DNA of 64,000 nt from assembly GCA_965204395.1 (NCBI GenBank), contig OZ241987.1:2482438-2546437 (forward strand). The letters are read 5' to 3'. Both the position numbers and the translations under genes were made by a program. The notes below the pieces were generated by a model. It did not search any database. It was not told where the DNA came from and saw only the letters and a list, made by a program, of their open reading frames with translations. The DNA is from Dehalococcoidia bacterium. GTDB taxonomy: Bacteria > Chloroflexota > Dehalococcoidia > Lucifugimonadales > UBA3495. Shown piece after piece: positions 36,716 to 46,760 of this stretch. Numbering within the stretch: the first letter of the stretch is position 1; each line of letters begins with the position of its first letter.

Positions 36716-38128
36716 ATGACCTCTCCCATAAAATTCGGCACCGATGGCTGGCGGGGCATCATCGCTGACGACTTCACCTTTGCCAACGTGGCGCGCTGTT
36801 CCCAGGGCTTGGCCGACTACCTCCGCGCCACTGGCGCCGCTCGTCACGGCTTGGTGGTCGGCTACGACACGCGGTTTGCGTCGCGGGAGTTTGCCGAAAC
36901 CGTGGCGTCGGTGGTGTCGGGCAACGAGATTCCGGTGTTTCTATGCCATCAGCCCGTCCCGACTCCCGTGGTCAGCCACCATGTTGTCCATCGCGGCGCG
37001 GCCGGCGGCGTGGTGATTACCTCGAGTCACAATCCGGCCGCATGGAGCGGTTTCAAGTTCAAGTCCGCCGAAGGAGGAAGCGCGAGCCAGTCCATGACCG
37101 ATGTCCTCGAGCTGTGCATCGACTCCTCCGGAGATCCCAAGCGACTGGCCCTCCACGAGGGGCGAGACTTGGGCCTGGTTCAAGACACCGACCCCACGCC
37201 GCCATACCGGGAAGCCATAGCCGGATTGGTCAACCTGGACGCCGTACGTGCCGCCGGCCTCAACGTGCTGGTGGATGTCATGCACGGCGCGGGAGCAGGC
37301 TATTTCGCCGGCTTCCTTCATGGTGGAGAAACATCGGTGAAGGAACTTAGGTCCGAGCCCAATCCGGCGTTCCCCGGCATGGCCCAACCGGAGCCAATCG
37401 CCCACAACCTCTCGGAACTATGCCGCCGGGTCCCCGCCGACGGAGCGTCCGTGGGCTTGGCGCTGGATGGCGACGCTGACCGCATCGGCCTCGTGGATGA
37501 GAGTGGCAACTTCGTCAGCACCCTTGAGGTATTCTCCCTGCTGGCGCTGTACCTGCTGGAACGCGGCGACCGTGGCCCGTTGGTAAAGGGCGTCACCGCC
37601 TCCCTGATGCTGAACAAACTGGCCGAGAAATACGGCGTCGGAATTTCCGAGATGCCCGTGGGATTCAAGAACATCGGCCCCCGCTTCGTCGCTGATGACG
37701 CCATATTGGGCGGCGAGGAAAGCGGCGGATACGCGTTCCGGGGCCACATTCCCGAACGGGACGGCATCCTCAGTGGCCTGTATCTGCTGGAGTTCATGGC
37801 GACCAGCGGCCTCTCCGCGTCGGGCATGGTACGCCGCATGTTCGATACAGTAGGCGAGCACCACTACCAGCGGCGCGATGTCAAGTTCGATCCCGATGCT
37901 CGGTCATCCATAATGGAGCGATTAACGAAATCTCCGCTGACCGAACTGGCCGGGATGCCGGTTCGCGGTGTGGACGAAATTGACGGCCGACGTTGGTTGG
38001 TCGACGCTGGTTGGGTTGCCGCCCGTTTTTCCGGCACTGAGCCGTTGCTCCGAATTTATTGCGAAGCCGACACGACTGCCCACGTGCAGGCGCTCCTAGA
38101 CGCCATGGAGGTTCACCTGGGAGTCTGA
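36716..38128 (+). CDS. alpha-D-phosphohexomutase (phosphoglucomutase/phosphomannomutase family)
   Basis: KFGTDGWRG; active-site serine loop ITSSHNPAAWSGFKF; metal loop LDGDADR; GGEESGG. Confidence 0.9.
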   Translation: MTSPIKFGTDGWRGIIADDFTFANVARCSQGLADYLRATGAARHGLVVGYDTRFASREFAETVASVVSGNEIPVFLCHQPVPTPVVSHHVVHRGAAGGVVITSSHNPAAWSGFKFKSAEGGSASQSMTDVLELCIDSSGDPKRLALHEGRDLGLVQDTDPTPPYREAIAGLVNLDAVRAAGLNVLVDVMHGAGAGYFAGFLHGGETSVKELRSEPNPAFPGMAQPEPIAHNLSELCRRVPADGASVGLALDGDADRIGLVDESGNFVSTLEVFSLLALYLLERGDRGPLVKGVTASLMLNKLAEKYGVGISEMPVGFKNIGPRFVADDAILGGEESGGYAFRGHIPERDGILSGLYLLEFMATSGLSASGMVRRMFDTVGEHHYQRRDVKFDPDARSSIMERLTKSPLTELAGMPVRGVDEIDGRRWLVDAGWVAARFSGTEPLLRIYCEADTTAHVQALLDAMEVHLGV

Positions 38129-38177
38129 GGCAGAACCGCAGCCGCCAACCCAGCGTATCTTGTAGTGAGGCCACATC

Positions 38178-38510
38178 ATGGAAACCGCCAGCCCGCTCCG
38201 CCGGTTGTTCGCGACCCTCCTTGACGGAATACTGTTCTTCCTGACCCTCGTAATCGGCTACATCATCTGGTGGCTCATCGTTCTGGCGCGAGGACAAACC
38301 CCGGGCAAGCAGTTGCTCGGCATCTACGCGATCACGCGGAGCGGCGACCGCGCCGGTTGGGGGACCATGTTCGTGCGGCAAATAGTAAAGGCGGTGGCGC
38401 ACAGCTTCGTCATTGGGTTCTTTGCCGACGCTATCCTTTTGCTTTTGGACGACCAGGACCATCGCTCACTGTCCGACCGTGTGGCTGGCACAATCATAGT
38501 CCGCGACTGA
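38178..38510 (+). CDS. RDD-family membrane protein
   Basis: LRRLFATLLDGILFFL...GQTPGKQLLGIYAI...SLSDRVAGTIIV. Confidence 0.6.
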   Translation: METASPLRRLFATLLDGILFFLTLVIGYIIWWLIVLARGQTPGKQLLGIYAITRSGDRAGWGTMFVRQIVKAVAHSFVIGFFADAILLLLDDQDHRSLSDRVAGTIIVRD

Positions 38511-38598
38511 ACGCGGGTCGCCACGATTCATCAGATTATCATGGCCCAATACAACCTACCGCGCTCAATGAGCCGTAGCCTCTGCAGGAGGTGAACCA

Positions 38599-39519
38599 AT
38601 GGCTATTCCTGCCAACTCTCCCGATACTTCTCCATCGCTCTTTGATCGTCTCACGGCGAGGCGCGGCATTTTGATCGCGGTGGGCATCGCCGCGGTCGCC
38701 TATGCCATCGCTGTTGTAGGGGCGCTAATCGTGCGCGATTCTACCGGTATTGATGGCGTCAACCGTTTCGTGGAGCTGCTGTCCGGGTCGTCCGGATCCG
38801 GCATCAGCAACGTGGGTATCAAGCTGGGATTCGCATTTGCGGTGGGCGCGGCATCCGCCGTCAATCCCTGTGGGTTTGCGATGCTGCCCGCTTACCTGGG
38901 CCTGTACGTCAGCGGCGGGAACCAAGATGACGAACGCAGGCGACCCTTCCGGCTCGTCAGTCGGGCCATCATGGTCGGGCTGTCCGTCTCCATCGGGTTC
39001 GTTGTGCTTTTTGGTGCGGTCGGGTTGATCTTGGCGTTTGGATCACAGGCGGTGGTGGTCGCGGCTCTGCCCTGGGTCGGCTTGGCCGTGGGAGTGCTCC
39101 TGATCGGAGCAGGCGCATATATGGCCGGTGGAGGCAAAATCTACACCAGCCTCGCCCAACGGGCCGCGTCGCGGATCGGAGACCCTAGCCAGTTGAATAT
39201 CCCTGGATACGTGCTGTTCGGCGTGAGCTACGGCCTCGCTTCTTTGAGCTGCACCTTGCCGCTGTTCCTTGCCGTGCTGGGAGTCGGCGCGGGCCTGTCA
39301 TCTGGTTTCCTGGATACGTTGGGCCAGTTCGTCCTGTACGCCGCCGGCATGGGCAGCGTGATCATGATCCTGACCCTGGGAATGGCCGTAGCGCGCACCG
39401 TGCTGTTGCGGTGGATGCGTGCCGCTCTGCCCTACGTCGGGGTTGTCGGCGCCTGGCTGATGGTGGTAGCGGGCACCTACATCGTGTTCTACTGGCTGAC
39501 TCTCGGAGATCTGCTATAA
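38599..39519 (+). CDS. ccdA: cytochrome c biogenesis CcdA/DsbD-transmembrane family protein
   Basis: VNPCGFAMLPAYLGLYV and a second Cys in LASLSCTLPLF, with ~7 transmembrane segments. Confidence 0.75.
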   Translation: MAIPANSPDTSPSLFDRLTARRGILIAVGIAAVAYAIAVVGALIVRDSTGIDGVNRFVELLSGSSGSGISNVGIKLGFAFAVGAASAVNPCGFAMLPAYLGLYVSGGNQDDERRRPFRLVSRAIMVGLSVSIGFVVLFGAVGLILAFGSQAVVVAALPWVGLAVGVLLIGAGAYMAGGGKIYTSLAQRAASRIGDPSQLNIPGYVLFGVSYGLASLSCTLPLFLAVLGVGAGLSSGFLDTLGQFVLYAAGMGSVIMILTLGMAVARTVLLRWMRAALPYVGVVGAWLMVVAGTYIVFYWLTLGDLL

Positions 39520-39524
39520 AAAAC

Positions 39525-39548
39525 AGGGGCGATCCATGGATCGCCCCT
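39525..39548. terminator. perfect 24-nt palindrome; terminator for the minus-strand gene and possibly bidirectional
   Basis: AGGGGCGATCCATGGATCGCCCCT, flanked by A-run/T-run. Its arms (GGGGCGA/TCGCCCC) are shared with the type-B repeat. Confidence 0.65.
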
Positions 39549-39583
39549 TGGACTTGCTGTCCGGCGGAACCTATCCGGCTGCG

Positions 39584-39883
39584 TCACTGGGGGACAGCAA
39601 AAACCGTTCGCCCATCCGCGTCGTGAGTGTGGGTCGCCAACCCGACCAATATTCTGTTGGTTTGGTGGATTGCCTGGTTGGTTTGCTGGATGTCAGCCCG
39701 TAGTTCGTTGACGGCGGTGGTCACCCTGTCTATCCTGGTTCCCAGGTTATCAATCTTGGCGTCTTGGTTCTCGACTCGGTTGACCAGTTTGCCCAGCAGA
39801 TAACTGCCCCTGATGAGAAGCACAACCACGGTCACGCCCAAACTCACCCCTGCGACAACTGAGATGATGATAGCAGGGCTCAT
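39584..39883 (-). CDS. small membrane-anchored coiled-coil protein (hypothetical)
   Basis: An N-terminal transmembrane helix is followed by a heptad-like, N/Q/T-rich segment. No family recognised. Confidence 0.5.
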   Translation of the reverse strand: MSPAIIISVVAGVSLGVTVVVLLIRGSYLLGKLVNRVENQDAKIDNLGTRIDRVTTAVNELRADIQQTNQAIHQTNRILVGLATHTHDADGRTVFAVPQ

Positions 39884-39921
39884 CAGCGTCCCCCTAGCCT
39901 ATCTCCCTATCCTGTAGTCTA

Positions 39922-40332
39922 CTATCGCTTGGTGTACTGCGGAGCCCGCCGGGCGCGCTTCAGGCCATATTTCTTGCTCTCCTTGACCCGCGCGTCCCTG
40001 GTGATGAATCCCGCTCGACGCAACCCTGCCTTCAGGCCGGGATCGGACACGACCAGAGCCCGGGCGATACCATGTCGTATGGCCTCGGCTTGCGCGTTGA
40101 CGCCGCCCCCTTTGACCTGGGCCTGGACGCGGAAACGGCCTATGGTCCCTGAAATGGTGAAAGCTTCCCGAATCGTCGACTGCCATGGGAGCCAGTTGAA
40201 GTACTCTTCCATGGGCTTATCATTGATTATGATTGCCGTGCCGTCGTCGGGGTAGAGCCTGACTTTTGCGATGGCCGACTTGCGGCGACCTGTCGCATAG
40301 AAATACTGTTGCGTTTCGGTCTGCAACACCAT
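39922..40332 (-). CDS. rpsI: 30S ribosomal protein S9 (uS9)
   Basis: YFYATGRRKSAIAKVRL...ends KRARRAPQYTKR. Confidence 0.95.
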   Translation of the reverse strand: MVLQTETQQYFYATGRRKSAIAKVRLYPDDGTAIIINDKPMEEYFNWLPWQSTIREAFTISGTIGRFRVQAQVKGGGVNAQAEAIRHGIARALVVSDPGLKAGLRRAGFITRDARVKESKKYGLKRARRAPQYTKR

Positions 40333-40378
40333 TGATTACCTGCCTTCAGTTGGGGAAATTTCCAGGAACGTTCAGGGA

Positions 40379-40810
40379 TCAGTCCGGGCTGCCCACTTGG
40401 GCTTCGTGGGGATGCTGGTCTCCGGCGTACACCCGAAGCCTCCGCAGCATCTGACGGCCCTGCTTGGTGGATGGCAGCATGCCCTTCACCGCCAGGTAAA
40501 CGACGCGTTCGGGACGTTGTTCCATCATATCTCTCATCAGGAACGATTTGAGATTGCCCACGTATCCGCTGTGCCGGTAGTACATTTTCTGCATCAACTT
40601 GCGGCCGGTGATGCGGACCTTGTCGGCGTTTATGACCACGACGTGGCAGCCGGTAATTACGTGGGGTGTGTAGGTGGGCTGGTCTTTGCCCTGAAGGGCG
40701 ACGGCAACCTGGCGAGCCAGGCGGCCGAGACTGATGCCCGTGGCGTCGATGACTCGCCAACTATCCGGTACGTCCCCGGCTTTGGCGAAATATGTGCTAG
40801 TGCGTTTCAT
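40379..40810 (-). CDS. rplM: 50S ribosomal protein L13 (uL13)
   Basis: MKRTSTYFAKAGDVPDSWRVIDATGISLGRLA... A TTG at 40834 is the alternative start. Confidence 0.9.
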   Translation of the reverse strand: MKRTSTYFAKAGDVPDSWRVIDATGISLGRLARQVAVALQGKDQPTYTPHVITGCHVVVINADKVRITGRKLMQKMYYRHSGYVGNLKSFLMRDMMEQRPERVVYLAVKGMLPSTKQGRQMLRRLRVYAGDQHPHEAQVGSPD

Positions 40811-41648
40811 GTTTGTCTTCAACCTTTGGGCCAAAAATATGGCCGTAATCGGGGTAATGAACCGATTTCAGGCACAATCCTTTGGCTGGGAGGGTTCGAA
40901 TGTGTCCTTGGTTGTGTTCGCGTCCTGCCAGGGTTTCCGCCATGGCATGTATGGGGAGTTTCCCTTTGCCGATCTCCAACAGTACCGCGTTGGCCCGTCT
41001 AATCTGATGGCGAAGAAAACCGCTAGCAGAACAGTCTATGGTGATCACGTCGGGAATGCTTGGATGGCACTTTATCTCCCACCTGAGAACCTTCCTCACC
41101 GCACTCCGGTCAGCCGGAAGGCCCGTCGATATTCGGCGGAAATCCCTGATGCCCAGCAGGCTGGTTGCCGCTTGTCGAACGCGTTCCAGATCGATGCCTT
41201 CAGTTTCCAGGTGGTGCGTACGACGCAGTAGAGGCGATGCAATCTCCCTATTGAGGATGCTGTAGCGGTACTCCCTGCATGACGCGTCGAACCTGGAATG
41301 AAACTCAAGCGGCACATCTCCGGCTGATGTCACTCGCACCGACTCGGGCAAATAGAAATTCAGAGCGGCTACCAGAGTTCGAGGATCCAAATCGCTGCCG
41401 GTAATGAAATCAACGACCTGTCCCGATGCGTGGGCGCCTGCGTCTGTTCGGCTCGCTCCTCGGATCCGGCTCCGAACGCCGGTCACCTTTCCAACGGCTG
41501 TTTCCAATTCGTCTTGTATCGTGGGCGAACCCACCTGGAATTGAAAACCGGCGTAATCCGTCCCTTCATACGCCACGACCAAGGCAACCCGACGTCCCGT
41601 TTCCATCAGGGCATTCTCAGATGTCATTGAAGCATTGAGCGATGGCAA
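40797..41648 (-). CDS. truA: tRNA pseudouridine(38-40) synthase TruA
   Basis: VALVVAYEGTDYAGFQFQ...GASRTDAGAHASGQVV. Confidence 0.9.
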   Translation of the reverse strand: MPSLNASMTSENALMETGRRVALVVAYEGTDYAGFQFQVGSPTIQDELETAVGKVTGVRSRIRGASRTDAGAHASGQVVDFITGSDLDPRTLVAALNFYLPESVRVTSAGDVPLEFHSRFDASCREYRYSILNREIASPLLRRTHHLETEGIDLERVRQAATSLLGIRDFRRISTGLPADRSAVRKVLRWEIKCHPSIPDVITIDCSASGFLRHQIRRANAVLLEIGKGKLPIHAMAETLAGREHNQGHIRTLPAKGLCLKSVHYPDYGHIFGPKVEDKHETH

Positions 41649-41712
41649 TTCCTCACGTCGTCGATTTGCTGGGGATCAACAGCTGCGCCAATTGTTGGTA
41701 AGTGGCTGGATA

Positions 41713-42066
41713 TCACACCAATTCGATGACAGCCATGGAGGCTCCGTCGCCTTGACGCGGCCCTAATTTGGTGATCCGGGTATATCCGCCGGGTCGTTCG
41801 GCGTATCGCGGTCCGAGTTCGTCAAACACTTTGGCTACAGCCCTCTTGTTTGGGACTTTGCTCAAAGCTACCCGTCGGTTGTGGAGGGTTCCCTTCTTGC
41901 CGTGGGTGATCAACTTTTCCGCCATCACACGGGTTTCCTTAGCCTTGGCTAACGTTGTGGTGATGCGCTCATGCTCGATCAGATCCACAGTAAGGCCGCG
42001 CAGAAGCGCCTTGCGCTGATCCTTGTACCGGCTCAGTTTACGGCCGGCAACGCGATGAGAGGCCAT
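41713..42066 (-). CDS. rplQ: 50S ribosomal protein L17 (bL17)
   Basis: [35 protein letters not shown]. Confidence 0.95.
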   Translation of the reverse strand: MASHRVAGRKLSRYKDQRKALLRGLTVDLIEHERITTTLAKAKETRVMAEKLITHGKKGTLHNRRVALSKVPNKRAVAKVFDELGPRYAERPGGYTRITKLGPRQGDGASMAVIELV

Positions 42067-42068
42067 CG

Positions 42069-43157
42069 TTATTCTCCGTCATCGTCAAAGTCTAGGTCGT
42101 CGTCATCGGGGTCGAACACCAGTGTGCCGCCGGTAAATCCTCTCACATCGTCGGCAAATCCCGGGTCGACCGCAAGGTCGTCGCTGGCGCTGGGGGCATT
42201 TACGCCGAGTTCGGCCAATTTGCCCTGCAATTCTTCCAACGATTTCTGTCCGAAGTTTCGGATATTGAGCAGGTCATCGGCGCTGAGGTCAAGAACTTGA
42301 CCCACTCGGTCCAGCTTGGCGCGTTTCAGGCAATTCAGCGTACGCGACGACAAATCGAGCCGCTCAATTGGCATCAGATACACTTCTGACGCCACCGAAA
42401 AGTTGCTGGCATCCAGCGTCGCGTCACCGGGGCGACTCAACTGGTTGAACATGAAGAAATGCTGGACCAGATTTTCCGAGGCTTCCTGGATTGCGGCCAA
42501 CGGGGTAATCGCGCCGTCGGTCCATACTTGGAGAATAAGGCGCTCCCAGTCGGTCTGCTGTCCCACCATCATGCGCTCTACCGAGTATTCGACCCTGCGA
42601 ACGGGATTGTAGATCGCATCGACCGGCAAAACGCCAACCGGCAATCCGGACGCGGTGTCCCCCTGGGTTACCTGCTGATAACCCTTGCCGGACTCCACGT
42701 TAAACTCGATGGAAAGAGAAACGTCCGGGCTGTCCAGCGTCGCCAGGTGCAATTCGGGATTTACGATCTGGAAGTCGCTGGCAGTTGATATGTCTCCAGC
42801 GCACACCCTACCCTCGCCGGTTACGTCCAACCGCATCTTGCCGGGCCGTTTCGCCAAGGCGTGGATCCTGATGCGCTTGATGCTCAACAGGAGGTCCATC
42901 ACCTCTTCTTTCACGCCAGGGATGACGGTGTACTCGTGTGGTACATCTTCGATTTTGACCCAAGTTACCGCTGTGCCTTGAATGGAGCTCAGCAGCAGTC
43001 GTCGCAAAGGGTTCCCCACGGTCGTAGCGAACCCGCGCTCCAACGGTTCCAACGCGACGCAAGCGTAGGTTTCGTTGCTTTCAATTACCCTGATCGAGGG
43101 TGTGGGGATTTCGGGTTCCGATTCCCGCATCGGCGGGAGAATTTGGGGATTTAACAT
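42069..43157 (-). CDS. rpoA: DNA-directed RNA polymerase subunit alpha (with an acidic C-terminal tail)
   Basis: [29 protein letters not shown]... The alpha-CTD reads [22 protein letters not shown]. Confidence 0.95.
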   Translation of the reverse strand: MLNPQILPPMRESEPEIPTPSIRVIESNETYACVALEPLERGFATTVGNPLRRLLLSSIQGTAVTWVKIEDVPHEYTVIPGVKEEVMDLLLSIKRIRIHALAKRPGKMRLDVTGEGRVCAGDISTASDFQIVNPELHLATLDSPDVSLSIEFNVESGKGYQQVTQGDTASGLPVGVLPVDAIYNPVRRVEYSVERMMVGQQTDWERLILQVWTDGAITPLAAIQEASENLVQHFFMFNQLSRPGDATLDASNFSVASEVYLMPIERLDLSSRTLNCLKRAKLDRVGQVLDLSADDLLNIRNFGQKSLEELQGKLAELGVNAPSASDDLAVDPGFADDVRGFTGGTLVFDPDDDDLDFDDDGE

Positions 43158-43164
43158 TCAGTGG

Positions 43165-43791
43165 CTACCTCGAGTAGTACTCGACGATGAGGCGAGAGTT
43201 AATAGTGTCGGGCAATTCATTATCCGGCGGCAGTGATACAATCTCACCTTCCATTTTGGCGAGATCCAACGACAACCAGGTAGGCAACGTGCGTCGCGGC
43301 AGTCCATCGGTCCGATCAGCGAAAAAGTCCCGGTTCTTGGACGTCTCCGTCCAGGAGATGGTTTGCCCCTGTTTTACCAGGAACGATGGAATGTCCGTCT
43401 TACGGCCGTTCACAGCGAAGTGGCCGTGCTGCACCATCTGGCGAGCCTGCTTGCGGGAATCCGCAAACCCCAAATGGTATATGACGTTATCCAAACGACG
43501 TTCCAGCGTGCGGAGCAGGTTGTTGCCCGATATGCCGGGAGTGTTGAAAGCGTCGTTCATATATTTGCGGAACTGGCCTTCCATCACGCCGTACATCTGA
43601 CGAGCCTTCTGCTTCTCCCTCAGGTGTACGCCATAGTCGGAAACTCTCCGGCGGCGGTTACCCCCGCCCCCTGGAGGAATATGGCGTCGTTCAATAGCGC
43701 ATCGGGGCGAAAAACACCGATCTCCTTTCAGGAATAGCTTTTCTCCGGCGCGGCGACAAAGCCGGCACGATGGTCCCGTATATCTTCCCAT
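43165..43791 (-). CDS. rpsD: 30S ribosomal protein S4 (uS4)
   Basis: MGRYTGPSCRLCRRAGEKLFLKGDRC. Confidence 0.95.
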   Translation of the reverse strand: MGRYTGPSCRLCRRAGEKLFLKGDRCFSPRCAIERRHIPPGGGGNRRRRVSDYGVHLREKQKARQMYGVMEGQFRKYMNDAFNTPGISGNNLLRTLERRLDNVIYHLGFADSRKQARQMVQHGHFAVNGRKTDIPSFLVKQGQTISWTETSKNRDFFADRTDGLPRRTLPTWLSLDLAKMEGEIVSLPPDNELPDTINSRLIVEYYSR

Positions 43792-43860
43792 TTCAGTCTT
43801 TCCGTTGGTGTTTCGAATTGAAACTCCGGCAGGCGCCGGAGTGTGCGGTTCGGCGGCCCC

Positions 43861-44244
43861 TTAAACTCGGCGGCGTTTAGGTGGTCGGACCCCGTTGTGG
43901 GGAATAGGGGTTACGTCCCGGATACTGGTGACGTAAAGCCCTGCCGCCTGCAGAGCGCGGATAGCAGGTTCGCGCCCAGACCCAGGGCCCTTAATGTAAA
44001 CGTCGATGTTCCGCATCCCCATGTCAACGCCACGGCGGGCGGCTTGTTCGGCAGCACGTTGCGCTGCGAACGCCGTCCCCTTACGCGACCCGCGGAAACC
44101 GACCGTACCTGAGCTGGTAGATGCCACCACATTCCCATCGGGGTCGGTCAAGCTGACCAACGTGTTGTTGAACGTGGAGTAGATGTAAGCGCGGCCCTGG
44201 GGTATGGACCGGCGCTCTCGCCTTCGGGCACGTGGTCGTGGCAT
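43861..44244 (-). CDS. rpsK: 30S ribosomal protein S11 (uS11)
   Basis: [24 protein letters not shown]...[14 protein letters not shown]. Confidence 0.95.
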   Translation of the reverse strand: MPRPRARRRERRSIPQGRAYIYSTFNNTLVSLTDPDGNVVASTSSGTVGFRGSRKGTAFAAQRAAEQAARRGVDMGMRNIDVYIKGPGSGREPAIRALQAAGLYVTSIRDVTPIPHNGVRPPKRRRV

Positions 44245-44309
44245 CTGGGGTTACCTCGTTGGTCAGATTTTGGTGGAGTTGGGCAGAATACGTTTGCCCG
44301 TGGCGTCCG

Positions 44310-44702
44310 TTACTTCTTGCCACCCGTGCGGCGACCGCGACCGGCCACGGTGCGCCGGGCACCCTTACGCGACCGGGCGTTAGTGCGGGTACGCTGCCCG
44401 TGGACGGGGAGGTTTCGGCGATGGCGCAAACCGCGGTAGCTGCCGATGTCTATCAACCGCCGAATGTTTTCGTTGTGTTCCCGTCGAAGGTCGCCCTCGG
44501 TGATGTAGTCCTGGTCGACGATCACACGTATCCTGTCGAGTTGTTCCTCGGAGAGTTCGCTCATGCGCGGAGGCATCTCGACGTCCAGGTTGGCCTTGCC
44601 AACGATTTCAATGGCTTTGGTCGGACCGATACCGTAGATGCTGCGCAAAGCGATATGCGCGCGCTTGCGGTCCGGTACGTCAACTCCCGCGATACGAACC
44701 AT
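44310..44702 (-). CDS. rpsM: 30S ribosomal protein S13 (uS13)
   Basis: MVRIAGVDVPDRKRAHIALRSIYGIGPTKA. The longer ORF in the track is an upstream extension. Confidence 0.95.
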   Translation of the reverse strand: MVRIAGVDVPDRKRAHIALRSIYGIGPTKAIEIVGKANLDVEMPPRMSELSEEQLDRIRVIVDQDYITEGDLRREHNENIRRLIDIGSYRGLRHRRNLPVHGQRTRTNARSRKGARRTVAGRGRRTGGKK

Positions 44703-44782
44703 GGCTTCTCTCCTGTGCTGAGCTTGGGGATGTCTGTCAGACCACAAACCGGTTTCGGTTGTTTGCGGTCTCGCCGGGTTGT

Positions 44783-44896
44783 TCAGCCCTGGCGCTGAGC
44801 GTGTTTGGTGTTGACGCAAATGATCCGCACCCGACCCTTGCGGCGGATTATGCGGCAACGGTCGCAGCGGGGTTTCACTGATGCGGACACTTTCAT
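44783..44896 (-). CDS. rpmJ: 50S ribosomal protein L36 (bL36)
   Basis: Hand translation gives [37 protein letters not shown]. It is too short for the ORF track. Confidence 0.9.
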   Translation of the reverse strand: MKVSASVKPRCDRCRIIRRKGRVRIICVNTKHAQRQG

Positions 44897-44915
44897 AGGA
44901 AAAGATCCTTCGTTG

Positions 44916-45134
44916 TTACTTGAACCGGTAGGTGATCCGGCCTCGGCTCAGGTCATATGGTGAGAGTTCCACCAGTACCCGGTCTCCCGGCAATACCCGT
45001 ATGAAGTGCATACGGATCTTCCCCGAGATGTGGGCCAGGACCTGGTGGTCATTGGGCAACTCAACTCGGAACATGCCATTGGGCAGTGCTTCGGTAACCT
45101 GAGCCTCGACTTCGATCGCTTCTTTTTTTGCCAT
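44916..45134 (-). CDS. infA: translation initiation factor IF-1
   Basis: [53 protein letters not shown]. Confidence 0.95.
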   Translation of the reverse strand: MAKKEAIEVEAQVTEALPNGMFRVELPNDHQVLAHISGKIRMHFIRVLPGDRVLVELSPYDLSRGRITYRFK

Positions 45135-45194
45135 AAACAAGCCTTCTTTTGCTGCGACAGTTCCTCTGAGGGACACTTGCAGCCTATATCAGAA

Positions 45195-46004
45195 TCAGTC
45201 GTGGACAGACAGAATTTTCGGGCCGTCCTTGGTGATGGCCAGCGTATGTTCAAAATGCGCGGACAATGCTCCGTCGGCGGTAACTACCGTCCAATCGTCA
45301 TCCAGAATCTTGGTGTCCTCCGTGCCCATATTCAGCATTGGTTCGATGCAGATACACATCCCGGGTCGGAGCAGTACACCTTTGCCTGGTTCACCATAGT
45401 TCGGCACCTGAGGATCCTCGTGGAGGAAGCGGCCGATTCCGTGTCCCACGAATTGTCGAACCACACCGTAGCCGCGTTCCGTCGCGTATCCTTCCACCGC
45501 TGCGCCGATGTCGCCGACCCGGTTGCCCGGTTGGGCGGCCGCGATGCCTTCGTAAAGGCTCGCCCTGGTGTCATCCAGCAGGCGTTGCGTCGCTTCATCG
45601 ATTTCCCCGACAGGCACGGAAATCGCCGCGTCGCCGATGAAGCCATCAATGATAGCGCCGCAATCCATTTTTATAACGTCGCCTTCTTTAAGGACGCGTT
45701 TGCCAGGAATCCCGTGGACGATTTCCTCGTTCACGGATGCACAGATGGTACCGGGGAAACCCTGGTAGCCCAAAAACGCGGGAACCGCTCCCATGCCCCT
45801 GATATTTTTTTCGGCGATGCGATTGAGCTCACCGGTGGTTATGCCCGGTTCGACCGAACTCCTGAGGAGAGCAAGGGTGGATCCGACGATTGCGCCGGCA
45901 CGCTCCATGGCTTCCATCTCACGGCGGGACTTGATCGTTATCCCACCAGTGTACGTGGAAGGTGAATTGGAAGCTGTTTTTCGTTTTTTCTGACGTGTCA
46001 CCAT
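45195..46004 (-). CDS. map: type I methionine aminopeptidase (with a ~20-aa basic N-terminal extension)
   Basis: IKSRREMEAMERAG...DCGAIIDGFIGDAA...GHGIGRFLHEDP...EPML. Confidence 0.95.
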   Translation of the reverse strand: MVTRQKKRKTASNSPSTYTGGITIKSRREMEAMERAGAIVGSTLALLRSSVEPGITTGELNRIAEKNIRGMGAVPAFLGYQGFPGTICASVNEEIVHGIPGKRVLKEGDVIKMDCGAIIDGFIGDAAISVPVGEIDEATQRLLDDTRASLYEGIAAAQPGNRVGDIGAAVEGYATERGYGVVRQFVGHGIGRFLHEDPQVPNYGEPGKGVLLRPGMCICIEPMLNMGTEDTKILDDDWTVVTADGALSAHFEHTLAITKDGPKILSVHD

Positions 46005-46016
46005 TATAATTATACC

Positions 46017-46760
46017 TCAAGCGTCAACCCCGAAATCGGGAGTAGTCGTTTTGCCCGTTGCTTTACTGTCGTCGATTGTAATCGGCAAGTCCAGTGCGGA
46101 GAGGATGGAATTGTTGACGGATGCGATCGGCCCATCGCCAGGTATCTCAGTTAAAACGCCGGCAGTCCGGTAGAAGTCTAGAACCGGAGCGGTTTCTTGA
46201 TGGTATACGGTCAAGCGGTTGGCTACTGCGTCCGGAGTATCATCATCACGTTGGTAGATCTCGCCGCCGTCGGCACAGGCGTCGCAACGCAGTGGAGGAT
46301 CCCCGGATATTTTGTTTCGAGTAAATGGTTTTTGGCAAATGCGGCAGATGTAGCGGTTGCTGAGCCGGCTAATCAGTTCGTCGTCGGGCACGGTGATATG
46401 CACCACCCCATCAATCTGTTGGTCTTGGCGGTTCAATGCATCGTCTAATGCCTGGGCCTGATTGGTGTTGCGCGGAAACCCGTCGAGCATGAAGCCGCGC
46501 CCTTCCGGTAAAGATACTACACGATCCAACACCATTCCTATGGTCACCTCGTCGGGCACCAGTGCGCCACGGTTCATGTATCCGCGGGCCAGTTCGCCAA
46601 GTTCGGTGCCATTGGACAGATGATGCCGGAACAGGTCTCCTGAGCTGACGTGTTCGAGACCTAGCTGTTCCTTGAGCAACTGGGCCTGTGTCCCCTTGCC
46701 GGCGCCTGGCGGACCAAAAAGGATCAGACGGAGATTCGCTTTGGTTGCCGATGCGGTCAT
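46017..46760 (-). CDS. adk: adenylate kinase (zinc-lid type, C-terminal extension)
   Basis: LILFGPPGAGKGTQAQLL. The lid has CRIC...CDAC. Confidence 0.95.
   Translation of the reverse strand: MTASATKANLRLILFGPPGAGKGTQAQLLKEQLGLEHVSSGDLFRHHLSNGTELGELARGYMNRGALVPDEVTIGMVLDRVVSLPEGRGFMLDGFPRNTNQAQALDDALNRQDQQIDGVVHITVPDDELISRLSNRYICRICQKPFTRNKISGDPPLRCDACADGGEIYQRDDDTPDAVANRLTVYHQETAPVLDFYRTAGVLTEIPGDGPIASVNNSILSALDLPITIDDSKATGKTTTPDFGVDA

Noticed and set aside
44703-44915. Apparent gene-free gap between rpsM and infA
   Set aside because: The gap is explained by rpmJ (L36, 37 codons), which is too short for the ORF track.
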